Source of the DNA: Octopus sinensis
Taxonomy: Eukaryota
DNA: 64,000 nucleotides
Assembly: GCF_006345805.1 (NCBI RefSeq)
Contig: NC_043003.1
Coordinates: forward strand, 60,946,001 to 61,010,000
Reading direction: 5' to 3'
Position 1 is the first letter of the stretch. Each line of letters begins with the position of its first letter. Shown here piece by piece: positions 51,610-63,999 of this stretch. The notes beneath the pieces were generated by a model. It saw only the letters and a program-made list of their open reading frames with translations. It did no database searches and was not told the origin of the DNA. Both the position numbers and the translations under genes were made by a program.

Positions 51610-54600
51610 ATGTTCGTCCTTCGGGTTCGAAGATGACCATTGACATCATTTGGTGGAATTGCTGCTATGAGACCGGAGGTGGCTGGTGAGGCCAATCCGG
51701 GCAAGAAAGCCCCTCCCACAGGTGGGGCAGAAGTGGGTAAGGGCTGTGCTATTGGTGCAGGTGGCTCTGGATTTCCGCATCTGGCGTTTCTGTTCTGCCG
51801 ACTGAATCCGTCTCTCCTCGGCTGTCTTTGCTCCTGTGGTGATTGCGCTGCGCCAGGATGAGCGGTCAGCAGCAAGTGTCTCCCAAGTCTCTGTGCCGAT
51901 GGAGAAGTCTTTGAGAGAGACTTTGAGACTGTCCTTGAAGCGCATCTTCTGCCCTCCGACTTTGCGTTTGCCCTGGCTGGGTTCACCGTAGAAGAGCTGT
52001 TTTGGGATGCGAGTGTCGGACATGCGGGAGACGTGGCCTTCCCATCTCAGCTGGGCCTTGCGCATGATCGTGATGGTTCTAGGGAGATCTGCCTGCTTCA
52101 GAACTTCCGTGTCTGGGACTTTTTCCTGCCAGCGGATGTGAAGGAGGTTCTGAAGACACCTGAGGTGGAAGCGGTTTATCTGGCGCTCCCAGACTTTCTT
52201 TCGCAGTCTCCCAAACGCGCTGCTTGCCAAAGAGATTCTGTTGATGATTTTAGCATCTATGTTGGCATTCCAGGAGAAAGTGCTGCCCAGGTAGGTGAAG
52301 TTTTCCACCGCTCGTAGGATCCGTCCGTTCACCTTTACCTGAGGCTCATGGTATTGTTTGCCGGGGGCTGGCTGAAACATAACTTCGGTTTTCTTGGCAC
52401 TGATGGTGAGACCGAAGTTGTCACAGGCTGACGAGAACCTGTCCATCCCGAGCTGCATCTCCTGCTCATCGATTGCGTTAAGGGCACAGTCGTCAGCAAA
52501 GAGAAAGTCTCTGACGACTGTCTCCCTCATCTTTGTGACGACCTGCAATCTTCTGGAGTTGAAACATTTCCCGTCCGTCCTGTACTTGATGTCGATACCG
52601 GACTTGCAGTCCCCGAAGGCGTCGGAGAGCATTGCCGAGAACATGATGCTGAACAGTGTTGGGACCAGGACACAGCCCTGCCTGACTCCGTTGGTGGACA
52701 TTTTTTTGATGGCTCTGCTCACTTCCTCGACTGCAGGGGGAACAGCCAGCTCGTGGTTTGTCGACACCTGGGGGAGTCGTGCGACTCGTTGATCTGGGCT
52801 GGTCGGTTGAGCACGATGCTGAAATGCTCCGCCCATCTCTCTAGGATCAGCCTCTTGTTAGTCAGGAGTGAGGTTCCATCCGAGCTGAGCAGGGGGGTTG
52901 ATCCAAAGGAGGACTGCGGTCCATAGACAGCTTTCAGCACCTCGTAGAATTTCTTGGTGTCGTGTTTGTCTGCGTATCCCTGAATCTCATCCGCGGAGTT
53001 TTGCCTGGACTGTACTGCGAATGTTGTTGAAAGCAGCCTTCTTTGCCGTGCAGGCGGTGTCATTTTGGTGGGCCCGCAGCTGACGGCGTTTCTCTTCTAG
53101 GAGCTTTTGGATTTCCTGGTCGTTTTCGTCGAACCAGTCCTGGTGGTTCCTCGTAACTTGGCCTAGAGTTTCAAGGGCGATGGAATGAACCGTGTCCCTG
53201 AATGATTCCCAATGCTCATCGATGCTGGACTGGTCATTCCGAATATCCAACAGCTTGCTGTCCATACGTGACTGGAGATCTTGTGCAGTCAGCTGGTTCT
53301 TTAATTTCGGGATGTTAAGCTTCCTCGTCACTTTCTGAACCTGTGGTCTTCTCTTAGGTTGGATGTAGAAATCCATCCTGGAGATGACGAGGCGATGGTC
53401 CGTCCAGCAATCAGCTCCACACATGGCTTTGACCAGTCTCACGTCCCGCCTGTCTTTCGCCCTGACGATGACGTAATCTATCAGAACGTGGATGCATCCA
53501 TGATGTCTTGTTGCGTGTTGGCAGACGGAACAAGGTGTTGGCGATGGTAAGATCATGAGAGGCGCACGCTCGCAGGTGGAGCTGCCGTTGTTGTTGCACT
53601 TTCCGCTTCCTTGCTTTCCCAGTACGCGATGCCAGGCTTGGTGGTCAGTCCCGACACGGGCGTTAAAGTCCCCAAGGAGGATGAGCTTCTCAGGCTGGGC
53701 TGACGTGATGAGGGAGTCGAGTTCCTCATAGAAACTGTCCTTAACGTCTTCAGGGTTGGTCATGGTGGGGGCATAAGCGCTGATGATGGTCGCACTTGTT
53801 TCCAAGTGGGAGCTGCATCTTCATCAGCCGATCGTTGATACCCTCGGAGGAGCTTTCCAGTTTCCGCACGTGTACTGACTTGATGGCAAAACCAACACCA
53901 GCCTCACGACGCTCTTCGCTGCTGCGACCACTCAAAAAGAAAGTGTAGCCGCCGCCTGTCTCTGTCAGCTGTCTCTGGTCTATCCGCTTTGGTGTTGTCA
54001 AGCAGAGTTCTCATGTTCCAAGTTGCGAAAGTGAGCACCTTTGTTCGTTTTCTTTCTTTGTTTCGACCGCTTGGAAAGGATCCCCGCCAGCCGCGGTTTG
54101 CTGACCAGGGTGAGGTGAGGCAGGCTATGTTTAGGGCAACCTTTTCTAGCCCCGTCCTCATGCTGCGGAGGCGAGCAGAGCGATCCTGAAGAGGGCTGCT
54201 CGGTCACTCAGGAGGCTGCCGGACTCCACTGCTGCCTCAGTTCAGTGAGGGGCGACCACATGTCCTGAGCCGCCTGTGTGTGGGTTCACGACTGCAGCTC
54301 CCAGTGTATCTTCACCTGCTACTTCGCCGTTTCCCCATCGCCACAGGACTTTGTGATGTTGGTGTCATGATGTCATGACGTGCGCGTGACTTGGATTATA
54401 GTGAGGGTGACTTGCGCAGGATCAGCCTCACTTTCTCGTCCTGGTGCGCCGGATCCAGTGGCAAGACAAAGTCAAGACGGCTGGGGGTAAACCATGATGC
54501 AGGAGCTGCTGGAAGGTGGCACGCATGGCGCAATCCAACCGCCTTAGGGGCTCCACTCCGGATTTATGTAGGTTTTTGGATGGCCATTGACTCATGAGAG

Positions 54601-54666
54601 AGTTCCTCTGCCCTTTGACAGGTTTTGTTTTTAGTCCTGCTGGGTGTCCAAATCACCCTCCTCACC
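51610..54666 (-). mobile_element. RTE-clade LINE with both ends present but internal deletions
   Basis: APE motifs TFATWNMRTLL, GVGFAIK, SAYAPT, GDFNARVG, WMHP, DH; RT motifs GVRQGCVL, FADD, YLGS; C-terminal C2H2 CPTCGRGFLARIGLTSHLRSH. The N-terminal RT subdomains are missing (AIKKMST|NGVRQG); frameshifts present. Confidence 0.92.
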
Positions 54667-54807
54667 AAGAAATCTTATATAAAATTTTCAAATAAAAATG
54701 GTACTTCATATGGTTAAACACACAATTCAATCTAAAGGTTGCTTCTTCTATTGTAGGTATTTTTCTTATTATAAATTTCTCCAACGCAGACGCTATCAAA
54801 TATTTAA

Positions 54808-55765
54808 TAGGCGTAGGAGTGGCTATGTGGTAAGTATAGGAGTAAGAGTGGCTGTGTGGTAAGTATAGGCGTAGGAGTGGCTGTGTGGTAAGTAGCTTGC
54901 TTATGAACCACATGCTTCCGGGTTCAGTCCCACTGCGTGGCACCTTGGGCAAGTGTCTTCTACTATAGCCTCGGGCCGACCAAAGCTTTGTGAGTGGATT
55001 TGGTAGACGGAAACTGAAAGAAGCCCGTCGTATATATTTATATGTATATATATATGTGTGTGTGTGTATGTGTGTGTGTCTGTGTGTGTCTGTGTTTGTG
55101 TATCTATGTTTGTCCCCCCCCACCATCGCTTGACAACCGATGCTGGTGTGTTTACGTCCCCGTAACGTAGCGGTTCGGCAAAAGAGCCCGATAGAATAAG
55201 TACTAGGCTTACAAAGAATAAGTCCTGGGGTCGATTTGCTCGACTAAATGCGGTGCTCCAGCATGGCTACAGTCAAATGACTGAAACAAGTAAAAGAGTA
55301 AAAGACTGGTTCAGTTAATATTTCCTCCTAAAATTACCGTGAATTTTAATGAGCTTTCGCCTCTTCTTTCCATTCAAAACTTTAAAAAAATTAATGAGGA
55401 TCCTCACTACCACAACAATCGTAACTGCATCAAACACTCCAGTCGTCCATCTCATTGCACAGTGAAGTAATCTGTCCATGCTGATCTATTCCACCTATTT
55501 ACCGAAATACTTATTTTGGTGAAAATGCACAAAACTACATAATTTAATGCAAAAAACAAGCCTTCACATTTAAACATCATCAAGATGTAAAGCAGCATCA
55601 TTTTCTGCATGAGTGGGTGTGGGGTAAGAAGCTTGCTTCCCGACTACATGATACCGGGTTCAGTACCACTGCGTAGCACCTTGGACAAGTGTCTTCTACT
55701 ATAACCTCAGTCCGACCATAGCATTGTGAATGGATTTTGTAGACGGAAACTGAAAGAAGCCCGTC

Positions 55766-55863
<98 letters not shown>

Positions 55864-56038
55864 TTGCGTGTCTGTGTTTGTTCCTCCACTATCGCTTGAC
55901 AAGTGATGTTAGTATGTTTGCGTTCTCGTAACTTGACGGTTCGGCAAAAGAGACCGATATGATAAACACTAGGTTTTCAAAGAATAAGTGTTGGAGTCGA
56001 TTGGTAGACAAAAACTGAAAGAAGCCCGTCATAAACTG

Positions 56039-56114
<76 letters not shown>

Positions 56115-56330
56115 TGCGCGCGCGTGTGTGTGTGTGTGTATGTTTTTGTGTGTCTATTTTTGTCCCCCCACCATCGCTTGACAACCGATGTTGGTGTTTT
56201 TTCCTGTAAACTAGAGGTTCGGCAAAAGAGACCGATAGAATAAGTACTAGGTTTACAAATACTTAGTGCTGAGGTCGATTTCTTCGACTAAAGGCGGTGC
56301 TACGCACTGAAACAAGTAAAAGAATAAAAA
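54808..56330 (+). mobile_element. Family B SINEs (54808-55305 complete; about 55610-56330 composite)
   Basis: Head, internal microsatellite, body and tail GCGGTGCTCCAGCATGG..CAGTCAAATGACTGAAACAAGTAAAAGA. Confidence 0.88.
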
Positions 56331-57263
56331 AATAAAAGAATTACTAGAGTTTAAAGGAAAGTCTTCTACAGTTTAAATTGGAAAATTACAAGCGCGAATC
56401 TTTCCACTAATTGATATCAATCTTCTTGGTTTTGACTATAGGGTTATTCCAACTAATGACTGCTTTATTCATCACAAATTTTGTTCTTCATAAGCGTTTA
56501 TTCCACTAGGTTTTTATTAGAACCATTATTTATGTGTTTAAATTAAATATTAACATTTTAATTATATGACATATAAAGCTTCAGTCTCCGAACATTTTAT
56601 ATTTCACAACATATAATTAGTTGCATTTCCTTGCAACATGTCCATATTCTTAATTACTACATCCAATTATAACTGTTCTTCATGTATTTAGAACTGTATC
56701 ATCACCTCTATTATTAATTTTGCTTTAATGATAATAGCACCGACATCGTTAGTTCACCAAAGAAAATGCTTAGCGGAATTTCGCCCGGCTTCACCTCCAG
56801 AGATCGAATTATGTCGCGCTCGACTTTCCATTTCGTCCTCTCGGGATCAATAAAATAAGAATCATTTGATCACTGGGGTCGATGTAATCAACCTACCCCT
56901 CACGCGAAATCATCATCATCATCATTATTATTATTATTATCATTATTCAATAGTCTTATTTTTATCACATGCTTTCACTGCACTACCAAGCGCAGCTCTG
57001 TGTGCCTTGGGTATGTGCTGTGGTTTGTTGTGGTGCACTTATTTTCACTCTATTGAAAGTGTTTACGTAGGATGTGTGCAATACCAATACCTAGTAGTGC
57101 TATTTCCTGTGTGTTATATATATTTGTTAGTCCTGGTGTTTTCGTTATGTATTTGTCTGACTGTTTTTCTATCATACCTAATGCGCCTACAATGATAGAA
57201 ATTGTTTGTTTTTACGCACTTCATTCGAGTTAACTCTATTTCCAGATCATGGTATTTTGAAAG

Positions 57264-57296
<33 letters not shown>

Positions 57297-57685
57297 TTTC
57301 CTTCTTTCTTCAAATTTTCTTCCATTTCTCGCCGTACACCTAGGGCAGAGAAACTCATTTATACATTCCCAGATTACACACGCAAATTCACAGGTAAAAT
57401 ATGTATTTAAAAAATAAATAAATGAATAAATTCATGGATGGATGTTGTTTTCACAGCGAAAATGCTCTTCTCAGTACATGAGCCGTTCCAGTTAACACGA
57501 TTTTTTGCACTTCTTGTAGGGATGGTAAGCCTGGTATCATTTTCAAATAGATTTCAGTACCTTTTTTTTTTATCATTCCTAGAGATCCTACAATCACTGA
57601 TACTGTAGTCGCCTTGAGATGCCTTATTATTATTATTACTATTATTATTATTGTTGTTGTTGTTGCTGTTCTTCTTCTTCTTCTG

Positions 57686-57732
<47 letters not shown>

Positions 57733-58390
57733 GAAGACGGCAAGTTTAAAGAAACGTTAGCATACCTGACAAAACGTTTAGCGGCATTTCTTCTGGCTTT
57801 ACCTTCTAATAATCATGGAGTCAAATTAATATGACAAAAATCAGTCTGGTGCACCAAAACGTACGCTGCTGGGGAATACAGCACTGTAGACGTTGAATTC
57901 CCGAGGGAGGAGTTTGTAGTTTCAACGGCTGTATGAACAAGATTGATCAGGCCAAGGGATGGCGTAATTGATCAAAACGGATCACGGAAGTGTGAAATAC
58001 GTATCGGATCACTCTGCCGGACTGCCCACAACTGTATGTGGCTGTTGAAGGCAGTATCATTAGGTATCATTTGCGTGATAACACCAACCATGTGAAAGTC
58101 CACAACGAAAGAGGAGAGAGATAGGACTCTCAATTCTGATGACACCGTCTCCACAGCAGCAACAGCGCCAACAGTACAAACAGCAGCAGAACCAACGATA
58201 GTGTGCGGCCACAATAGCAAGAAACACAGCTTCTTCAACAGTAAAACCCCTGACTGAGAAAGCAGCATTAAGAACACCAACAGTAGTAACAACAACAACA
58301 ACCAAAACATTAAAAGAGGAAGCAATAGCAATAAAAACAACAAAAGAGGTACTGCCCTCAAGAGCCATCACACTGTCGACAGCAACACCA

Positions 58391-58790
58391 ACTGAGTGGA
58401 GGCGCAATGGCCAAGTGGCTAGGGCAGCAAAGTCGCGGTCGTAAGAACAATTCCTAGACAGGGCATTGCGAATGTTTATTGAACAAGAACGCCTAAGCTC
58501 CATGAAGCTTCGGTGGGGAAGGGTGGTGAACCCCGTTGTACTCTTTCACCACAACTTTCTCTCACTCTTTCTTCCGACTTTTGCCACAAAGCAGAGGAAG
58601 CATGGTGTAACCCACTATGGTGTGGTAAACTTTCAGACCATTGCGAATCCTCTGTACCCCAGAATGGTTCAGCTCTCCACCCGTTAAAAGCCACTGTTTA
58701 CGGAATGAAGAAAACAACGTAGCTTTCACGCCCGTGCAACCGCCAGTCTATCGCGTGTGGTGGGTGGATCTCCAAGTTGCCACACACATT
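58391..58790 (+). mobile_element. Degenerate tRNA-derived SINE
   Basis: GGAGGCGCAATGGCCAAGTGGCTAGGGC A-box-like head followed by a GC-rich body. Confidence 0.5.
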
Positions 58791-59084
58791 CTTAGTAGCT
58801 TAGAGTAGGATCGAATTAGAAATTATTCTTTGTGGCTAACGGCGTGAGTCCTGATTAGAAGAAGAAGAAGAAGAAGAAGAAGAAGAAGAAGAAGAAGAAG
58901 AAGAAGAAGAAGAGAATTGAAAAGAGTACAAAGAAAAAATAGAAAAATTGATAAATCACGCCAACAAAAGTCGCTGGGAAGTTCAAACAGCAACAACGAC
59001 ACAACAAACCCATTTCCAACAACATCATTATAACTGTCAATACCACCTCACTGCAGGCACAGCCACCAGCAAACCAGAAGGTTT

Positions 59085-59509
59085 ATGTTCCTATAACCTG
59101 TGTTAATTTTGTAACCCTTTCAAATGGAAGATAAGAAAGTTCATTTTTGGCACTTGACGCTTTGGGAACCAGACAAAAATTGCTGCAGCTCGGCTGGGAT
59201 GTGTTACCCCACCCTCCATATTCACCAGATGTTGCTCCTTCGGATTTCCACTTATTCAGGTCTCTGCAGATTAGTCTTAATGGTAAAAATTTAAATTCTT
59301 TGGATGACGTAAAAAGATACCTTGGTGAATTCTTTGCCATGAAACCGCCTCAATTCTGGGAAGAGGGTATTTTCAAGTTAAAGGAAAGATGGAGATGCAT
59401 TGTGCAACAAAATGGTTCATATTTGGTTGATTAAAAATGTAATAGCAAGTATTTATTCACCTTTTTCTCTCCTTTAAAAATCGGCATGAACTTTCCGGAC
59501 AACCCAATA
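59085..59509 (+). mobile_element. Internally deleted mariner (DD34D) element
   Basis: N-terminus MEDKKVHF fused to TRQKLLQLGWDVLPHPPYSPDVAPSDFHLF..ERWRCIVQQNGSY; 3' TIR GAACTTTCCGGACAACCCAATA. Confidence 0.88.
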
Positions 59510-60758
59510 CAAATAACAACATATACAGACATTACTAACAACGACTTCAACACCCTAATAAATATCACCCCATCACACATAAAAAGCCACTTAAACAACG
59601 GAAACATATACAAAACTATAAAAAACTAAATTCCTGATAGAGTAAAAAAAACTTCAGAGAGAGTATCTATAAAAGGAAACAGGGAACTGCTCGCGGTAAT
59701 ACCCATAATATACCAGAGAGCCGGGACACTGTCTCGCCCCAACAGATTAATTGAAGTCTTTTTCACTTTCTTTCTCCTGTTGAATATGGCGTTACTCAGA
59801 ATGGGCAGTGTAAATGCACTTGGAACTGGATCATCTTAGAAGTTGGGCTAACTGCTCAAAGCTTCGCTAGATGGAAATATTGTGGTCATCAACGAGAAAA
59901 TCTCCGATCCTTCGCACCTGTTTTCGGTGGATACCAAAACTATCTCCAAGTCATCCGAGACTGAGAGACGGAATTGTTGCTTTCTTAATTCGAAGTGGTT
60001 TGAATCTCGCGATATAGATTTTCTTCTTGAACTCGCAAGGTAAGGTGATGCCATAGGACATGACCAGCAGTGAAGGCAATACCTTCGAAGTAGTAGTTGA
60101 TTACGGGGGTCAGGCGATCAAATTTCTTTATGCGTCTAAAGTGCTTCCTAAGAACATCCAGCTCCTTATTGCTTGTATGAGACTGGAAAAGTATTTTGGA
60201 CGCATGCTTAGACTGTGTCGAATATCTGATATCGACTTAGACTATTATACGATAGTAGTTTAATCATCTGGAATAGTACACTAATAGATCAGGTGTACCA
60301 TAGGAAATGAATCTACTCCCTTTTTGCATGTTTATTCTTGTTTTAAATGCATAATTACACATGTTCGTACATAGATATATGCACATGAGTAACGATCGAT
60401 ATTGTCACCACTCGCCTCAGCTGCAACCATAGAAACTATTCTGCTAATCGATGTAAGTGGCATGGGTAGGCTTTTGTGGAGGAAGTAGAAACTATATTTT
60501 ATGACTACTGAATTGGCAGAGATCGCCAAAAGATAGTAAAGCATTAGAAATAATAGAATCAAAACGACAGATTTCCACTGGCAAAAAAATATATATGTAT
60601 ATAAAATTTCCTCTGATAAATTCTAGCTATCACTTTATCAGTTGTTATATAGATAGCTTAACAATCAGCTGAAATACATTTTGATTCTTAAGTGCTGTTC
60701 AGACAATGTTTGCAACTGCAATATGCAATGATTAACTGCCTAACTATATATATATATA

Positions 60759-60831
<73 letters not shown>

Positions 60832-61113
60832 GCATGTTTAAGTGCATTGTGTTTTTAAATCTTGCACTTAGACTAAGATAAATCCCTGATAAATACACAT
60901 CCACACAATGTTTCTCCAGTTATAAAATGGGTGAGAACTGTAAATCAATCGTGACGTATAGCCACAAGTCGTGACAGTATATAAGAAATTCGTTTCGCAA
61001 ACGATAAGGTCCGAATTTAGATCACACATTGAGAATCTTTGAGCAAGTTCATCTATCGTAGCTTCGGGTTGCTCCAAATCCTGAGTGCATCTAAGAAGAC
61101 AGAAACTGTATTT

Positions 61114-61530
61114 AAGGCGGCAAGCTGGCAGAAACGTTAGCACGCCGGGCGAAATGCTCAGCGGTATTTCGTCTGCCGCTACGTTCTGAGTTCAAATTCC
61201 ACCGAGGTCGACTCTGCCTTTCATCCTTTCGGGGTCGATTAAAAAAGTAACAGTTACGTACTGGGGTCGATATAATCGACTTAATCCGTTTGTCTGTCCT
61301 TGTTTGTCCCCTCTGTGTTTAGCTCCTTGTGCGTAGTAAAGAAATAGGTATTTCGTCTGCCGCTACGTTCTGAGTTCAAATTCCGCCGAGGTCGACTTTG
61401 TCTTTCATCCTTTCGGAGTCGATTAAATAAGTACCAGTTACGCACTGGGGTCGATGTGCTTGACTTTATCCGTTTGCCCGCCCTTGTTTGTCCCCACTGT
61501 GTGTAGCCCCTTGTGGGCAGTAAAGAAATA
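61114..61530 (+). mobile_element. Family A SINE dimer with TSD
   Basis: Head, body and tail, junction at 61346/61347, then a second 184-bp unit; flanked by AGAA(A/G)CTGTAT at 61101-61111 and 61531-61541. Confidence 0.88.
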
Positions 61531-62243
61531 AGAAGCTGTATAGAAGCCAGTCAAATGGGAGGGGATTGCACATGATTCACTGATGTAGCTTTTTCCATGT
61601 CTGCGTCACAGTGATCCTGCCAGAAAATTACGTTGAGCGTGGAAAGCTCAGTCATTTCGCACTCCAACTCAACCAGCAAACTACTCAGCTGATTGATACA
61701 TGAACGCTCATACATCAAAATCGACATCATTATTGTCTGCTCAAACTTATTCTAGTGCCTTAGATGAATTGCATTTCCAAATTACTAACTACCTATTGTC
61801 TATGAATTGCTACTTGATGTTGATCAGTCCTTTAAAAGGATATTTCATATGCTGTTAATGATATAAATATTTCTAGAAATACGTTTAAGCAATGCAGATA
61901 AGAAGATAGGCAAAATATGCAAGGTGATGTCAATGAATGAAGACAAAGGCAAGATATGGTATTACTCTATGCAAGCTGATTGTTTTTATTATATTTCGGG
62001 AAAGCTTCCCTTTATCAAATATACGATAGTATACAATCCATGAGTCTATAGAAACGTCCTTAGCATTGACTGGCTAATCCGGTGCGTTGTCACGTATATT
62101 CTGTTTTAAAAAGTGAACATAAGCGCAGGGGTGGATGTATGATAAAGAAGCCTACTTTGAAAGGCAACCATGCGGTTTCTAGCCTTGAGCCAGCCATATC
62201 CGGTGAGTGGATTTGGTAGGTGGGAACAGTGTGAGTGCCCACC

Positions 62244-62291
<48 letters not shown>

Positions 62292-62340
62292 AAACAAGTA
62301 AAAAATAGAAAATGCTAAAATAATTTTATAGTGAACATTT

Positions 62341-62377
62341 CAGTACCGTTTCGGTCATTTTGAGACCTTTTCAACTG
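62341..62377 (-). ncRNA. Minimal type I hammerhead ribozyme motif (U3-A8 variant)
   Basis: CAG-UUGAAAA-GGUC/UCAAAAU/GACC-GAAAC-G-GUA-CUG gives stems I and II, the core and a GUA cleavage triplet. Confidence 0.65.
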
Positions 62378-63066
62378 TAACGATTAAATAATTAATTTAG
62401 AAAAATTAGAAGAAAAGTTTTCTTAAAAGAATATTTCTATAGTAGTGTTCAGATTTAAGTGGCATTCTGCCTTTCTCTGACTCCCTTGTTTGCACTTGTG
62501 TGTTCGAGGTAGTTGTGAGTTCTTGGTAGGGTAGTAGAGGGAAGGCTGGTGAGGAAAGGGGGGTGGGAGAATATGGGAGTGCCCTGATGGTCGTATTTTG
62601 AATGGTCAGTGGCGGCTGGCAGTCTCAGTTCAATTCAGGAGAATATTTATATTGACAGGCTTGTTTATAGAATTAGCGTAGGTGTTATACTAAAAAACAT
62701 TAGTGACAAACTTAAGGGGTAGGGGGTGGAGAAGAAGAAGAAGAAGAAGAAGAAGAAGGAGAAGGAGAAGGAGAAGATGATGGTGATGGTGGTGATGATT
62801 ATGACGACGATGATGATGATAACGATGATGATGAAGAAGAAGGAGGAGAAGGAGAAGATGGTGGTGATGATGGTGGCGATGATGATGACGCCGATGATGA
62901 TGATAACGATGATGATGAAGAAGAAGAAGAAAAAAAAAAACAGAGAAGGGAGAATATGAATGGGTGTAAATATAGCTATGAAGGGCTGATTAGTAATGGA
63001 TTCTATGGAGTGTAGTATTTGTGTGTGTATATATATTTTTTTCTTTTATTCTAAAGTTGAGGTATA

Positions 63067-63999
63067 TTAATTGTTTGTCGTAGACCCGTTAAGAAGTGGC
63101 TTGTATTTTGTAATAAAGAGATTTTCTTTACTTATTCTTTGTCTCGAGGTTGTATCGTCCCTAAATTGGTAGAGGGGGAAAATTCTGAAGTTTGGTGTTT
63201 TTTTGTTGGCGCAAGTATCTATGTGTTGGCTAAAAGCTATTTTTCTGTTTTGGGGAATTTTTATCTGGGATCTGTGCAGGGCCATTCGTTTACGCAAACC
63301 ATTTTTTGTTTGGCCTATGTACTGCTCTTGACACCCGGAGCAGGTTAGTGAGTATATTAGGTTCTCCGAAGCACATGTGAAGTTGCTTTTCACTGTAAAC
63401 CGTTGTCCCTGTTTGAAGGAGAACTCAGAACCCTCGATTAGATAGTCGCATATCCCGCAATTGGGTCTTCCACATTTTTTTACTGTCGGCTTCTGTGTTG
63501 AAGAGTGAATTCGGGCTTGTGTAAGGAGACTTTTCATGGATCTAGGCTGTCTTTTGCTTTTTATGATCGTGTGTGTTTGGAGGATTGTGTTAATTCTGTG
63601 GTCTTTTTTTAGGAGGGATATGTTGTGGAGGATGGTGTCGAAGGCTTCGTTATTGAGAGGGTTGTGTGTGGAGATGTATGGTAAGGCTTTTGGTTGTAAG
63701 TTTTTCTTTGATTTGGGATGTCTCAGTTCCTTGATGTTAAGTTGAAGGGCACGTTGAATGCACTTGTCAATAAGTGAAGGTGGATAGTTCCTGGTGATTA
63801 GGGTATCTTTTAGTTCTTGTAGTCGTGTGTCTCTGGTGTTTGCGTTAGAGACTATAGTGCATATCCTTTTTGCTAGATTGAAGGGGATATTCATCCTGGT
63901 GTGTCTGGGGTGGCATGAATTGAATGGAAGATATTGCTTAGAGTCTGTAGGCTTATAGTATATGTCTGTTTCTATTATATTATTAGCTTTCTTAATGAG
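63067..63999 (-). CDS. Penelope RT C-terminus plus GIY-YIG endonuclease (5'-partial)
   Basis: Open from the window edge: TDIYYKPTDSKQYL..SCHPRH..IPFNLAKRICTIVS..CGRPNCGIC..NLIYSLTCSGCQEQYIGQTKNGLRKRMALH..RISKENLFITKYKPLLN. No stops in 310 codons. Confidence 0.92.
   Translation of the reverse strand, partial: LIKKANNIIETDIYYKPTDSKQYLPFNSCHPRHTRMNIPFNLAKRICTIVSNANTRDTRLQELKDTLITRNYPPSLIDKCIQRALQLNIKELRHPKSKKNLQPKALPYISTHNPLNNEAFDTILHNISLLKKDHRINTILQTHTIIKSKRQPRSMKSLLTQARIHSSTQKPTVKKCGRPNCGICDYLIEGSEFSFKQGQRFTVKSNFTCASENLIYSLTCSGCQEQYIGQTKNGLRKRMALHRSQIKIPQNRKIAFSQHIDTCANKKTPNFRIFPLYQFRDDTTSRQRISKENLFITKYKPLLNGSTTNN

Larger units (their letters stand above)
57830..60230 (+). pseudogene. Ancient Tx1-like LINE relic (ORF1 and ORF2 endonuclease N-terminus) interrupted by later insertions
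   Basis: GEYSTVDVEF resembles GKKFGTVEIRF; LYVAVEG plus a decayed CCHC knuckle; MALLRMGSVNALG and GKVMP*DMTSSEGNTFEVVVDY resemble Tx1 APE motifs. Confidence 0.55.

Noticed and set aside
57972-58503. Minus-strand ORFs of 129 and 147 aa as a membrane protein
   Set aside because: The hydrophobic runs come from (AAC)/(AGC) low-complexity sequence of a plus-strand LINE ORF1 relic plus a SINE.
60868-61143. 91-aa minus-strand ORF with a good internal acceptor
   Set aside because: It begins in a SINE, has no convincing donor and shows no similarity to RIM or Piccolo N-terminal domains.
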